The notes: generated from the sequence alone by a model not told the origin. A stretch of DNA of 64,000 nucleotides from an uncultured Planctomycetales bacterium (GCA_964478715.1 CAYZIY010000008.1:17704-81703); one strand, 5' to 3'. Shown: positions 16,525 to 26,303, counted from the stretch's first letter. Translations and numbers: made by a program.

Positions 16525-16944
16525 TCTCTGCCTCGAAGTATTGCGCCGGCTTAATCAAGCAGGGGTTTTGTCGCATGTTATTCTCATTGGCAGGGGGTTT
16601 CTTGAAGATTATTATGGGTCTAAAGGTTATGTCAAATTAGCACACCCGGATTTAACAATCGAATTTCTTGTTTGAGAGAAAGGACGAGGGACGGATAAGC
16701 CATATTTGATAAATCAATTGTCTATTAACGCTCAACCATTGCGTTTTCTAGATTTCCTTATTGAACATAGCTTATGGATCAAAGCAGAAGGTTTTCATAT
16801 TCGCCACCTCATCCGGCCGCTTATGCCTTACACAAATTTCTTATTTTTTAAAGACGTCGAGGATTAGATAAAAAACAGCGTGATACTGAACAGGCTTTGA
16901 GAATATTCGGGGAACTAGTAAGAACTGATCGCGCTTCATCATGA
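16505..16944 (+). pseudogene. Decayed nucleotidyltransferase-fold protein (GSU2403-like)
   Basis: MGKKTFNLCLEVLRRLNQAGVLSHVILIG...HPDLTIEFLV*EKGRG...LRFLDFL, frameshift near 16805, then PHPAAYALHKFLI.KRR...K.RD; in-frame TGA at 16673. Confidence 0.75.
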
Positions 16945-19853
16945 ATGATCAAATATTGAAAAACCTCAATTCCAGACAAAAACAGGCGGTGACGCACGAG
17001 GAAGGGCCTCTATTGATCATTGCCGGCGCCGGCACAGGCAAGACCACGGTGATCACCCACCGCATCGCGCATCTGATCGTCAATCAGGGGGTGCATCCCG
17101 ATCAGATCTTGGCGCTCACTTTTACCGACAAGGCCGCCTTTCAGATGCAGGAACGCGTGGATGTGCTGGTGCCTTACGGATTCACCGATACGTGGATCGC
17201 CACCTTCCATGCCTTCGGCGACCGCTTGCTGCGCGAAAACGCGCTGGAAGTTCATTTGAGTCCCGATTTCCGGGTGATGACCCGCCCCCAGGCGGCCGTG
17301 CTTTTACGCGAGCATCTCTTTGAGCTGCCGCTTGAAACCTACCGGCCGCTGGGTAATCCGGCCAAATACGTGGATGCTTTGATTTCGCTCTTTTCCCGGG
17401 CGCGCGACGAGGACATCTCGTTTGGGGAATACGAGACCTACGCCCAAAGCCTTATGCTTGAGGCGAAAACCAGCGACGATGAGGCCCAAAAAGAAGAGGC
17501 GGCCCGTCAAAGCGAGATCGCTGCCTGTTACCGGACGTATCAGGAGTTACTCTTTAGAGAAGGCCGTATCGATTTTGCCAATCAGTTTTATTGGACGCTT
17601 CAGCTTCTGCGCAAACATCCGCGCATTTTGAAATATTACCAGGATCAGTTTCAATACATTCTGGTCGATGAATTTCAGGATACCAATTACGCGCAGTTTG
17701 AGCTGGTTAAGCTTTTGGCGCAGAGAGCCAAAAACCTGACGGTTGTCGCTGACGACGATCAATCCATTTACAAATGGCGGGGCGCGGCGGTCAGCAATAT
17801 TCAGAATTTCACTCAATCGTATCCGGCCTGCCGGAAAGTGACCCTCACCCAGAACTACCGGTCCACCCAGCCGATTCTTGACAGCTCTTATCGGTTGATT
17901 CAAAACAATAATCCGGACCGCTTTGAGGTGCAGGCCCAGATCGACAAGCGGCTCAAAGGACGAAAGAAAACCGGAAAAAAACCGCGCCACAAGCTCTTTG
18001 ACACGCTTTCCGCTGAAGCTGATTGGGTGGCCGCGGAAATCAATCGGCGCGTCACAAAAAAAAATCAGGCCTTTAAGGATTTCGCCATTCTGGTGCGCTC
18101 CAATTCCGATGCGGAGCCTTTTTTACATGCCTTAAACATGCGCGGAATTCCCTGGCAATTTTCCGGCAATCAGGGATTGTATTCACGCGATGAGATCCGA
18201 TTGTGTATTTCGTTTTTGCGGGTGCTGACTCATCCGCAGGATTCCTTGAGCTTGTATTTTTTGGCCCAGTCGTCTGTGTACCATCTGCCTGTTGTCGAGC
18301 TTACCCAAATCATGAACGCGGCCCGGCGTCGGCATTGGGATTTATTTTCCACTCTAAAAAGAATGAATACCCTGGAAGGATTTGGTGAGATCAGTAATGA
18401 TTTTTGTACTGCGGCACAACGCCTGATTGCCGAAATTGAAAACTACATGGAGCGCTCCCGGGAAACGCCCGTCGGACAGCTGCTGTATTCGTTTTTAACC
18501 GAATCGGGGTATTTGAAGGCTCTCACCCATGATCAGAGCATGGAAAACGAGAGCCGGATCAAAAACATCGCCAAGTTTTTTGACATTATCAAGGAATTCG
18601 AATACACGGCCAAGGAAAACCGGGTGATGTATTTCATGAATTATTTAGACATGCTGATCAATGTTGGTGACGATCCGGCCGTGGCCGAAGCCGATTTTGA
18701 CGTGGAGGCGGTCAATGTGCTGACCATTCACCGGGCTAAGGGATTGGAGTTTCCGGTGGTGTTTCTGGTGGGGCTTGTCGAGGGACGGTTTCCCTGGCCG
18801 CTGCGCAAAGATCCCATTGAGCTGCCGCGCGAGCTGATCAAAGATATTCTGCCTTTGGGCGATTTTCATATTCAGGAAGAGCGTCGCCTGTTTTATGTGG
18901 GCATGACCCGCGCCGAAGAGGAATTATTCTTAACCAGTGCGATCGATTACGGGACCAAGCGGTCTAAGAAGGTGAGCCGTTTTGTCTTTGAGGTGGTCTC
19001 AAAGAAAATCACACCGCAGGCGGTGAAAACCAGCGCTCTGGAATCTATTGAACGGCACGCGCCGCGTAAAACCACGGTGCAGGTAAGACATCAGGAAATT
19101 CCCGATAACCAGATCATCAATCTCAGTTATTTTCAGATTGATGATTACCTGACCTGTCCGCTGAAATACAAATATGTCCACATTCTGCGCGTGCCGATTC
19201 TTTCGCATCACACCGTGCTTTATGGCAAGGCTCTGCATGATGCGGTGCAATATTACCATCAGAATAAAATGAAGGGACTCGCTGTCAAGGCAGATCATCT
19301 GCTTGAAATCTTTGAACAGTCCTTTATTAAGGAAGGATTTTTCTCCAAAGAACACATTCGCCTGCGTCTTAAAAAAGGTCGTGCGGCACTCTCGCGTTTT
19401 TTTGCAGATCAGGAAGTTTCGGGTATTGTACCCAAGGTGGCTGAGAAAGATTTTTCGTTTGTGATTGATCAAAACCGCGTGGTGGGTCGCTGGGACCGGA
19501 TTGATGAGCGCGACGGTGAGGTGTCTGTGATTGATTTTAAATCAAGTGATGTGAACAAAAGTGAGCAGGCGAACAAGCGGGCCAAGGATTCTCTGCAGCT
19601 GGCTCTTTACGGGCTGGCCTACGAGAAAATCTACGGCCAGCCCCCCGACTTCAAAGAACTCCATTTCCTGGAAACCGGGCTGGTGGGGCGGGCACCGTTT
19701 TGCGACAAGGATCTGGAGAAAGCGACCAAGGCGGTGCGCAAAGCGTCTGAGGGCATCCGCCGGCGCGATTTTGGGGCCCGACCCTCGCGGATGAACTGCC
19801 TGTATTGCGCGTTCAATCAGATTTGTCCTTTTGCCGTCGTGCGGATGAAATAG
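16941..19853 (+). CDS. UvrD/PcrA-type SF1 helicase with C-terminal PD-(D/E)XK nuclease and 4-Cys motif
   Basis: AGAGTGKT, DEFQD, NYRS, TIHRAKGLEF, EERRLFYVGMTRA; then CPLKY...GRWDRID...IDFKS...CLYCAFNQIC. Confidence 0.92.
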   Translation: MNDQILKNLNSRQKQAVTHEEGPLLIIAGAGTGKTTVITHRIAHLIVNQGVHPDQILALTFTDKAAFQMQERVDVLVPYGFTDTWIATFHAFGDRLLRENALEVHLSPDFRVMTRPQAAVLLREHLFELPLETYRPLGNPAKYVDALISLFSRARDEDISFGEYETYAQSLMLEAKTSDDEAQKEEAARQSEIAACYRTYQELLFREGRIDFANQFYWTLQLLRKHPRILKYYQDQFQYILVDEFQDTNYAQFELVKLLAQRAKNLTVVADDDQSIYKWRGAAVSNIQNFTQSYPACRKVTLTQNYRSTQPILDSSYRLIQNNNPDRFEVQAQIDKRLKGRKKTGKKPRHKLFDTLSAEADWVAAEINRRVTKKNQAFKDFAILVRSNSDAEPFLHALNMRGIPWQFSGNQGLYSRDEIRLCISFLRVLTHPQDSLSLYFLAQSSVYHLPVVELTQIMNAARRRHWDLFSTLKRMNTLEGFGEISNDFCTAAQRLIAEIENYMERSRETPVGQLLYSFLTESGYLKALTHDQSMENESRIKNIAKFFDIIKEFEYTAKENRVMYFMNYLDMLINVGDDPAVAEADFDVEAVNVLTIHRAKGLEFPVVFLVGLVEGRFPWPLRKDPIELPRELIKDILPLGDFHIQEERRLFYVGMTRAEEELFLTSAIDYGTKRSKKVSRFVFEVVSKKITPQAVKTSALESIERHAPRKTTVQVRHQEIPDNQIINLSYFQIDDYLTCPLKYKYVHILRVPILSHHTVLYGKALHDAVQYYHQNKMKGLAVKADHLLEIFEQSFIKEGFFSKEHIRLRLKKGRAALSRFFADQEVSGIVPKVAEKDFSFVIDQNRVVGRWDRIDERDGEVSVIDFKSSDVNKSEQANKRAKDSLQLALYGLAYEKIYGQPPDFKELHFLETGLVGRAPFCDKDLEKATKAVRKASEGIRRRDFGARPSRMNCLYCAFNQICPFAVVRMK

Positions 19854-19947
19854 AAAGTACAGATGATCACGGTGGGAAAGATGTGAAAAAATGAGTTGAA
19901 GAGATTTGATTTTTGTGTAGAATGATGAAAATATTCTTTTTAATAAA

Positions 19948-21579
19948 ATGAGTTTTAAACTTAATCAATGTAAACATTTCAAAGGCCGCAAAGGGCCTCT
20001 TCTTTTGATCATCATGGACGGGGTCGGCTTAGGGAAAAAGGATGAGGCTGACGGGCTCTTTCGGTCTAAAACTCCGTGTCTGGATCAGCTTTTTCAAAGC
20101 AAACTCTTTACCACCCTGCAGGCTCACGGCACGGCCGTGGGGCTTCCCAGCGATGAAGACATGGGCAATAGCGAAGTGGGTCACAATGCCCTGGGCGCGG
20201 GTCGGGTGTTTTCCCAAGGCGCGCGCCTGGTCAATGAAAGCATCAAAAGCGGCGCAATTTTTCAGAGCGATCTCTGGAAAAAAATGATCCAGACAGCCAA
20301 GGGCGAGGGTCGCGCGTTTCATTTTATTGGTCTTCTTTCCGACGGTAATGTTCATTCCCACATTCAACATTTATTTGCGATGATCAATCAGTGTGCTAGG
20401 GCCGGCGTGAAGAAAGTCTGCGTGCACGCGCTTTGTGACGGACGCGATGTGCCTGAAAAAAGCGCCCTGCAATACATCGATCAGGTAGATGAATTCAACA
20501 ATCAGATCAATGCAGTGCGCGGATTCAACTACCGGATTGTCTCCGGCGGCGGGCGCATGGTCACCACCATGGACCGCTACAATGCCGATTGGGATGTGGT
20601 CAAAAGAGGATGGCAGGCGCATGTTTTGGGCGAGGGCCGTCAATTTGCTACCGCCCGCGAAGCGGTGGAAACATATTACCGAGAAGATCCCAAGATTACC
20701 GATCAGTATTTGGATCCGTTTGTGATTGCTAAGGGCGGAGAGCCGATCGGGCCCATCCATGACGGGGATGCGGTGGTCTTTTTCAATTTCCGCGGGGATC
20801 GAGCAGTGGAAATTTCGCGCGCCTTTGAAGAAGAAGATTTCAAAGAGTTCGACCGCAAACGTTTCCCGCAGGTGATCTACGCGGGAATGATGCAATACGA
20901 CGGGGATCTCAAGATTCCTGAAAATTATTTGGTCAGCCCGCCGCAGATCAAGCGCACGGTCGGGCAATATTTGTGCGCCAGCGGGGTGAGCTCTTTTGCC
21001 ATTTCGGAAACGCAGAAATTCGGACACGTCACGTATTTCTGGAACGGAAATAATTCCGGAACCATCGATGAGAAGCTGGAGAAATACATCGAGATTCCTT
21101 CGGATAAGATTCAATTTGACAAAGCGCCCAAGATGAAGGCGCCGGAGATCACCGAGAAAACCATCGAGCTTCTTCAAAGCGGCCAATACCGTTTTGGCCG
21201 TTTGAATTTTGCCAACGGTGACATGGTTGGGCATACCGGGGTTGTGGATGCGATCATCGAGGCCATGGAAACCGTTGACGGCTGCGTGGCCCGTTTGATT
21301 GAAGAAATCAAAAAGCTTAACGGTATTTGTGTGGTTACCGCCGATCACGGCAACAGTGACGAAATGTTTACCGAAAAGAAGGGGCAAAAAAGCGCCAAGA
21401 CAGCGCACACGCTCAATCCGGTGCCGTTTGTGATTGTGGATTCTGGCTATCGGGAGGAATACACCCTGGCGGATTTGAAAAAACGCGGGCTCTCTAATGT
21501 GGCGGCCACGCTTTTGAATCTGCTGGGTTTGGAAAAGCCCGCAGACTACGATCCGTCGTTGATCGATTTTAAGAAGTAG
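19948..21579 (+). CDS. gpmI: 2,3-bisphosphoglycerate-independent phosphoglycerate mutase
   Basis: MDG.G, MGNSEVGH, SDGNVHSH, NFRGDR, DMVGHTG, TADHGN. Confidence 0.96.
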   Translation: MSFKLNQCKHFKGRKGPLLLIIMDGVGLGKKDEADGLFRSKTPCLDQLFQSKLFTTLQAHGTAVGLPSDEDMGNSEVGHNALGAGRVFSQGARLVNESIKSGAIFQSDLWKKMIQTAKGEGRAFHFIGLLSDGNVHSHIQHLFAMINQCARAGVKKVCVHALCDGRDVPEKSALQYIDQVDEFNNQINAVRGFNYRIVSGGGRMVTTMDRYNADWDVVKRGWQAHVLGEGRQFATAREAVETYYREDPKITDQYLDPFVIAKGGEPIGPIHDGDAVVFFNFRGDRAVEISRAFEEEDFKEFDRKRFPQVIYAGMMQYDGDLKIPENYLVSPPQIKRTVGQYLCASGVSSFAISETQKFGHVTYFWNGNNSGTIDEKLEKYIEIPSDKIQFDKAPKMKAPEITEKTIELLQSGQYRFGRLNFANGDMVGHTGVVDAIIEAMETVDGCVARLIEEIKKLNGICVVTADHGNSDEMFTEKKGQKSAKTAHTLNPVPFVIVDSGYREEYTLADLKKRGLSNVAATLLNLLGLEKPADYDPSLIDFKK

Positions 21580-21582
21580 AAA

Positions 21583-21723
21583 AAATTTTAATTCCAAAAC
21601 CCTAAATCTTAAGGAAGGATAAAATTCCGAGTTCGAAGCTGAGGACGCAGGGGATCAGGTTTCGGATTTTAACCTTTGAATTTTGAGCTTTCTTAGCATT
21701 TAGGATTTAGAGCTTAGGATTTT
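21583..21723. repeat. Intergenic inverted array of degenerate heptamers
   Basis: Left ...ttccaaaaccctaaatcttaa; right TTAGCAT TTAGGAT TTAGAGC TTAGGAT (21693-21720). Confidence 0.6.
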
Positions 21724-21728
21724 AATCC

Positions 21729-22346
21729 ATGGATCTGCCAGAAAGAGAAGAGCGGATCGCAAAACTCCGGCGGCAGATCGCTCGTTGTCGGCGCTGCGAT
21801 TTGTTTCGTTCGCGCACAAAGACTGTAGCCGGTGAAGGATCGCTGGATCCGGCGATTCTGTTCATTGGCGAAGCCCCGGGTCGCAACGAAGACCTGCAGG
21901 GAAAACCTTTTGTGGGGCGGGCCGGTGCGATTTTGGATGAATTACTCTCCTCTGTCGGATTGCAGCGCGAGGATGTTTACATCTGTAATATTTTAAAATG
22001 CCGCCCACCGGGCAATCGGAATCCGGCCCGTGATGAAATCCGTTCTTGCGCCGGTAGTCTGGATGTTCAGCTGAAAACCATTGATCCGGCGATCATTGCG
22101 ACTCTGGGAAATTTTGCTACCACTACTATTTTCGCCAAGTTCGGCTTGCCCGGCGGGCGGATTTCTCAAATGCGTGGCAAGGTCTTTGAGGCTTCGGTCC
22201 CGGAAGGTCACAGGAAAATCGTGCCGCTTTTTCATCCGGCGGTCGCCACCTACGATCCCAGCAAATTGAAACTGCTTAAGAAAGATTTTGAGATTTTTAT
22301 CCCGCTTTTATCCGAGAGAAAGATGGCGCAGGAGGCAGCTTCGTGA
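21729..22346 (+). CDS. udg: Uracil-DNA glycosylase, family 4
   Basis: CRRC, GEAPG..ED..G.PFVG.AG, KCRPP.NR.P, HPA. Confidence 0.93.
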   Translation: MDLPEREERIAKLRRQIARCRRCDLFRSRTKTVAGEGSLDPAILFIGEAPGRNEDLQGKPFVGRAGAILDELLSSVGLQREDVYICNILKCRPPGNRNPARDEIRSCAGSLDVQLKTIDPAIIATLGNFATTTIFAKFGLPGGRISQMRGKVFEASVPEGHRKIVPLFHPAVATYDPSKLKLLKKDFEIFIPLLSERKMAQEAAS

Positions 22347-23080
22347 GTTATTCAACGGTCGGTTGGTTGGCGTTGGGTGGTTTTTTGGTGCTCTTTGCGA
22401 TGGCCTCCTTTTGTGTGTTTTTTGACCAGGCAATTTTTGCTCGACGGGGAACCATCTTTCGGGTCAAGACCGATCAAAAGCTGGTAGCCTTGACCTTTGA
22501 CGATGGACCTTCACCCGAGTGGACGCCTCTGATTCTGGATGAACTCAAGAAAGCCGGTGTTAAGGCCACTTTTTTCATGGTGGGTCATCATGTCAAGAAA
22601 TATTCCCAAGTGGCCCGGCGGGTGGCCGCCGAAGGCCATGAGATCGAGAATCACGGATTTGCCCACAGTGTGACTCTCTACTACACGCCTCAGGAGATCG
22701 AGGAGGAGATCCAATACACCGAGCATGTGATTGAGCAGGTTACCGGTCAGAAAACACAATATTTCCGTCCGCCGAAAGCCTGGCTTTTGCCGTCGGTCAA
22801 AAAGGCAATCAAGGCCATGGGCTACAAGGTGGTTTTGTGGTCACTGAACTCTAAAGACTGGGTCACCTTCGATGACAAATACATCATCCGCTTTATTTTG
22901 CGAAATGTTCGTAACGGCGACATTATTCTTTTTCATGACAGCGGCGGGGTGTTTAGCCGCGAAGGGGGCGATCGCAGTGAAACCGTATCAACTATTCCGC
23001 TTTTAGTTGAGAAACTTAAAGAGCGGGGCTACACGTTTGTAACCGTAAAGGAGCTGATTAATGGAAAAGACACCGTTTGA
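22343..23080 (+). CDS. Polysaccharide deacetylase (NodB/CE4) with N-terminal anchor
   Basis: TFDDGP, H...H (NHGFAH), FRPP, DW, IILFHD. Confidence 0.92.
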   Translation: MSYSTVGWLALGGFLVLFAMASFCVFFDQAIFARRGTIFRVKTDQKLVALTFDDGPSPEWTPLILDELKKAGVKATFFMVGHHVKKYSQVARRVAAEGHEIENHGFAHSVTLYYTPQEIEEEIQYTEHVIEQVTGQKTQYFRPPKAWLLPSVKKAIKAMGYKVVLWSLNSKDWVTFDDKYIIRFILRNVRNGDIILFHDSGGVFSREGGDRSETVSTIPLLVEKLKERGYTFVTVKELINGKDTV

Positions 23081-24740
23081 GAGAAAAAGTCACGCTCATT
23101 GGATCGGATGGCTGATCGTCTTGAGTTTTTTCTTTTTGATGTTCGGCAATTGGATTGTCAGTTTGACTCACCCGGATGAAGTTTTCTACGCTCAGATCGC
23201 CAAGGAGATGGTCGAGCATGATACCTGGATGGTGCCGATGATTTTTGACCAGACGAATTTTGAAAAACCGATTTTTACGTTTTGGCTTTTGCGGCTGGCC
23301 GTTGAGCATTTCGGAGCCACGCCCTATGTGGCGCGCTTTTTTATGTCCGTTTTCGGCATGATCGGGGTAGGGATGACCTATTTTTTGGCGTATTTGATGT
23401 TTAAAGACAAACGCATGGCTTTTCTTTCCGGGGCTATGCTCTCGACGAGTTTTATTTACATTGTGCTCTCGCGCTCGGTGATGACCGACATGGTCTTTTC
23501 CATGTGGGTGTATTTTGCCCTGGTCTTTTTTTACTGGGGGTACACCCGTCAGGAGCATCGGGGGGCATCTATTGTGCTGACCTGTGTTTGCGCGGGCCTG
23601 GCGGTTTTAAGCAAAGGTCTTTTAGGATTGCTATTGCCCATGGGCGTGATTTCGCTGTATTTGGGTTTTCAGAAAGAGCGAAAGTTTGTTCTTCATCCGT
23701 CCTTATTGTTGGGGCTGGGACTTTTCGCGCTGATCGTGATTCCCTGGCATGTGTTCATGGTCCAGAAATTCGGCCAGAGTTTCATCAATGAATACTGGTG
23801 GAATGTGCACGTCCGCCGGATTTTTGTGGCTGAGCATCTTAAGAGCGACACTTGGTATTTTTATTTGATGACGATTTTCGGCGGGACCTTTCCCTGGAGT
23901 CTGTTTTTGATTCCGGCGGTTGTTTGGACGGTGATCAAGGTGCGCCGCCATGAGGATGAACGTATGCTCGGTTTTATCTGGATCGCAATCGTCTACATTT
24001 TTATGAGCATGCAGATTGCCGCCAGTAAACTGGCCAGCTACATCTTTCCGATATTTCCTTTACTGGCCATTGTGCTGGCCTATTATCTCAATGAGGTATT
24101 GAAGAATCGCACGCAGCCTTTTTTGATGCGATCGGCACGGGCAGTCGGTTTTCTGATGACGACTGTTTGCGTTGGAGGCGTTGGCGCCGCGATTTATTTC
24201 AGTCATAAATATCGCGATCTTGTGATTGATGTGAGGCCGGTGTATTTATTCTGCGGTTTTGTGGTGATCTGTGGGGCGGTCATCTTGGTTTGCGCTCTTA
24301 AGAAAAAAATCGGGCGGATGTTGATCGCGACCGGCGCGATTACCGGTGTGTTTCTGTTTTCTCTTCTGTTTGCCTATCCCAGCGCTGAACCCTGGGTGAC
24401 CTGCCGACAGATCAGCGAAGAGTTTAAAAAGATCGATCAAGGTGATTCAACGGTGGTCTGCTCCAAGTTTTACGTGCGCGGAATCCGTTTTTTTACTGAC
24501 CGGGATGTGGCCGTGATCGACAGCGGAGATGGATTTTTCACGCCTCATCCGATTCCTTATTTAAACAGCGACAATAAGGTGGCGGGTTTTTTAGAAAAAC
24601 AGCCGACAACATTTTTTATTGTCAAAGAATCGGATGCCGAGGATCTGCGCCGGATCGCCAAACGCTTTAATTATGATCTGAAATTTTACAAAGAGATCGG
24701 CGGCAAGGCGATCATCAGATTGCAGAAGAAATCTCGCTAA
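23061..24740 (+). CDS. ArnT/PMT-like (GT83/GT39) membrane glycosyltransferase
   Basis: DE..YAQIAKEM...W..P...FEKP, LSKG...PW, SKL..YIFP motifs; many TMs. Confidence 0.88.
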   Translation: MEKTPFERKSHAHWIGWLIVLSFFFLMFGNWIVSLTHPDEVFYAQIAKEMVEHDTWMVPMIFDQTNFEKPIFTFWLLRLAVEHFGATPYVARFFMSVFGMIGVGMTYFLAYLMFKDKRMAFLSGAMLSTSFIYIVLSRSVMTDMVFSMWVYFALVFFYWGYTRQEHRGASIVLTCVCAGLAVLSKGLLGLLLPMGVISLYLGFQKERKFVLHPSLLLGLGLFALIVIPWHVFMVQKFGQSFINEYWWNVHVRRIFVAEHLKSDTWYFYLMTIFGGTFPWSLFLIPAVVWTVIKVRRHEDERMLGFIWIAIVYIFMSMQIAASKLASYIFPIFPLLAIVLAYYLNEVLKNRTQPFLMRSARAVGFLMTTVCVGGVGAAIYFSHKYRDLVIDVRPVYLFCGFVVICGAVILVCALKKKIGRMLIATGAITGVFLFSLLFAYPSAEPWVTCRQISEEFKKIDQGDSTVVCSKFYVRGIRFFTDRDVAVIDSGDGFFTPHPIPYLNSDNKVAGFLEKQPTTFFIVKESDAEDLRRIAKRFNYDLKFYKEIGGKAIIRLQKKSR

Positions 24741-24777
24741 AAAAATGAAAGAGAAAAATAATTTTTAAGGAAATCAG

Positions 24778-25803
24778 ATGAAAGCCTTTTTGACGGATCT
24801 CGGAGATGCATTGAAAGACCGAGCCTGGCGATGGCTGAAGATGATCTTAATTCTGGCGGCTGTGGGCGGATTTCTTTTTTTAACGACTCGCGGTTGGTTG
24901 TTCGCCAAAGTCAGCTTCAGCTCTTACACCCAGGAGGATGAGGAGCTGGCCGCTCTTCTTAAGAGTCATGTGCGCATGCTTTCCGGGGCGATCGGCTCGC
25001 GTAATCTTAACGACTACGAAAACTACAAAGAAGCCGCCCGTTACATCAATCGTTATTTTAAAACCTTCGGCTACACGCCGGACGTGCAAACGATTCAGGT
25101 TAAAGATAAAATCATCGGCAATATTATTGCCCAGAAAAAGGGCGTTGAGCTGCCTCAAGAAATCATTATCATCGGGGCTCATTATGATTCGTATTTTAAT
25201 CCCGGGGCCGATGCCAATGCCAGCGGTGTGGCCTGTCTGCTAGAATTAGCGCGCTTGCTCTCCGACACGAAGCTTAAACGCACGGTTCTCTATGTGGCTT
25301 TTGCTAACAGCGAACAGCCTTATTTTATGACAGATAAAATGGGAAGTCTGATGTTTGCGCGGCAACTTAAAGAGAAGTCAAGGCATGTGGCCGCTGTGCT
25401 GATTTTGGATTCCCTTGGATATTACACCAATGACAACCACTCCCAAAGGTATCCCTGGCTGGTCGGCATGCTTTCGCCCAATCAGGGGAATTTTATCGCT
25501 TTGGTAACCAATATCCGCTCATTAATTTTGGCTCGTCATGTCAAAAAGGGCCTGGAAGGCGTTTTGACATTCCCTGTTCATCTATTGATCGGTTTTGATT
25601 TTATCGATTCCGATCACTCGGCTTTCTGGAAAGAGGATTTTAAAACGGTACTCTTAACAGATACGGGTCATTACCGTTATCCTTATTATCATCATCTCGA
25701 AGACACTTATGAAAATTTGGATTACAAAAATATGGGACAGTTAACCCGTGCTTTAAAAGAGGCTGTGGTCCGGATGGCCAATCAGGCGCCGGAAGCACAG
25801 TGA
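24778..25803 (+). CDS. M28 peptidase-fold protein with degenerate active site
   Basis: IGAHYDS, PGADANASG, SDH..FW, YH...DT; see findings. Confidence 0.82.
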   Translation: MKAFLTDLGDALKDRAWRWLKMILILAAVGGFLFLTTRGWLFAKVSFSSYTQEDEELAALLKSHVRMLSGAIGSRNLNDYENYKEAARYINRYFKTFGYTPDVQTIQVKDKIIGNIIAQKKGVELPQEIIIIGAHYDSYFNPGADANASGVACLLELARLLSDTKLKRTVLYVAFANSEQPYFMTDKMGSLMFARQLKEKSRHVAAVLILDSLGYYTNDNHSQRYPWLVGMLSPNQGNFIALVTNIRSLILARHVKKGLEGVLTFPVHLLIGFDFIDSDHSAFWKEDFKTVLLTDTGHYRYPYYHHLEDTYENLDYKNMGQLTRALKEAVVRMANQAPEAQ

Positions 25804-25893
25804 TCGACCGGCGGCATTGGTAAAAAAGATAAAACAAATAATTGACTTCAAAAATTTTGCATGCTAACATGCTGTTAATTAAGGAGGTGAAAC

Positions 25894-26244
25894 ATGAGGA
25901 AAGTATTATTAGGATTCGTCGTCTGTCTCTTGGTGATGAGTGTGGCGACAGCTTCCTTTGCCGCTTCCGGAGACATGAAGGAAAAGGTGAAAGGAAGGGT
26001 TCAGAAGCTTGGCCGCGGAGTAGCCAATGTTATTAGCGCTCCTTTGGAAATCGGGAAACAGATTACCAATGAATGGAGAAGCGCCGATGTGAAGCATTTT
26101 GCTTTAGTCGGGGGGCTGGCCAAAGGTTTAGGCTACACTCTGAAAAGATTGGGATCGGGTTTAGTTGATATCGTGACATTTCCTGTAGAGTTGAAAGAGG
26201 AATATGATCCCGTTATGAAACCGGAATACGTGTTTGACAACTGA
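25894..26244 (+). CDS. Exported small protein, TIGR04073-like (putative exosortase-associated)
   Basis: Signal peptide; KLGRGVANV..PLEI...G..KG...R...G..DIVTFP...PEYVF. Confidence 0.7.
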   Translation: MRKVLLGFVVCLLVMSVATASFAASGDMKEKVKGRVQKLGRGVANVISAPLEIGKQITNEWRSADVKHFALVGGLAKGLGYTLKRLGSGLVDIVTFPVELKEEYDPVMKPEYVFDN

Positions 26245-26268
26245 TTTTGGCGGTATTGTTTTTATTTC

Positions 26269-26303
26269 AAGGGGCCAAGCCGAAGGCTTGGCCCCTTATC
26301 TTT
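26269..26303 (+). terminator. Rho-independent terminator
   Basis: aaggggccaagcc-gaa-ggcttggcccctt perfect stem followed by a T-rich run. Confidence 0.75.

Noticed and set aside
16673-16675. In-frame TGA as selenocysteine
   Set aside because: The same gene also has a frameshift and an apparent internal deletion, and the position is not a Cys-type motif, so decay explains it.
20371-21597. 408-aa minus-strand ORF, and the other antisense or shifted ORFs in the track
   Set aside because: They are shadows of well-supported + strand genes (here gpmI), with no recognisable motifs or RBS.
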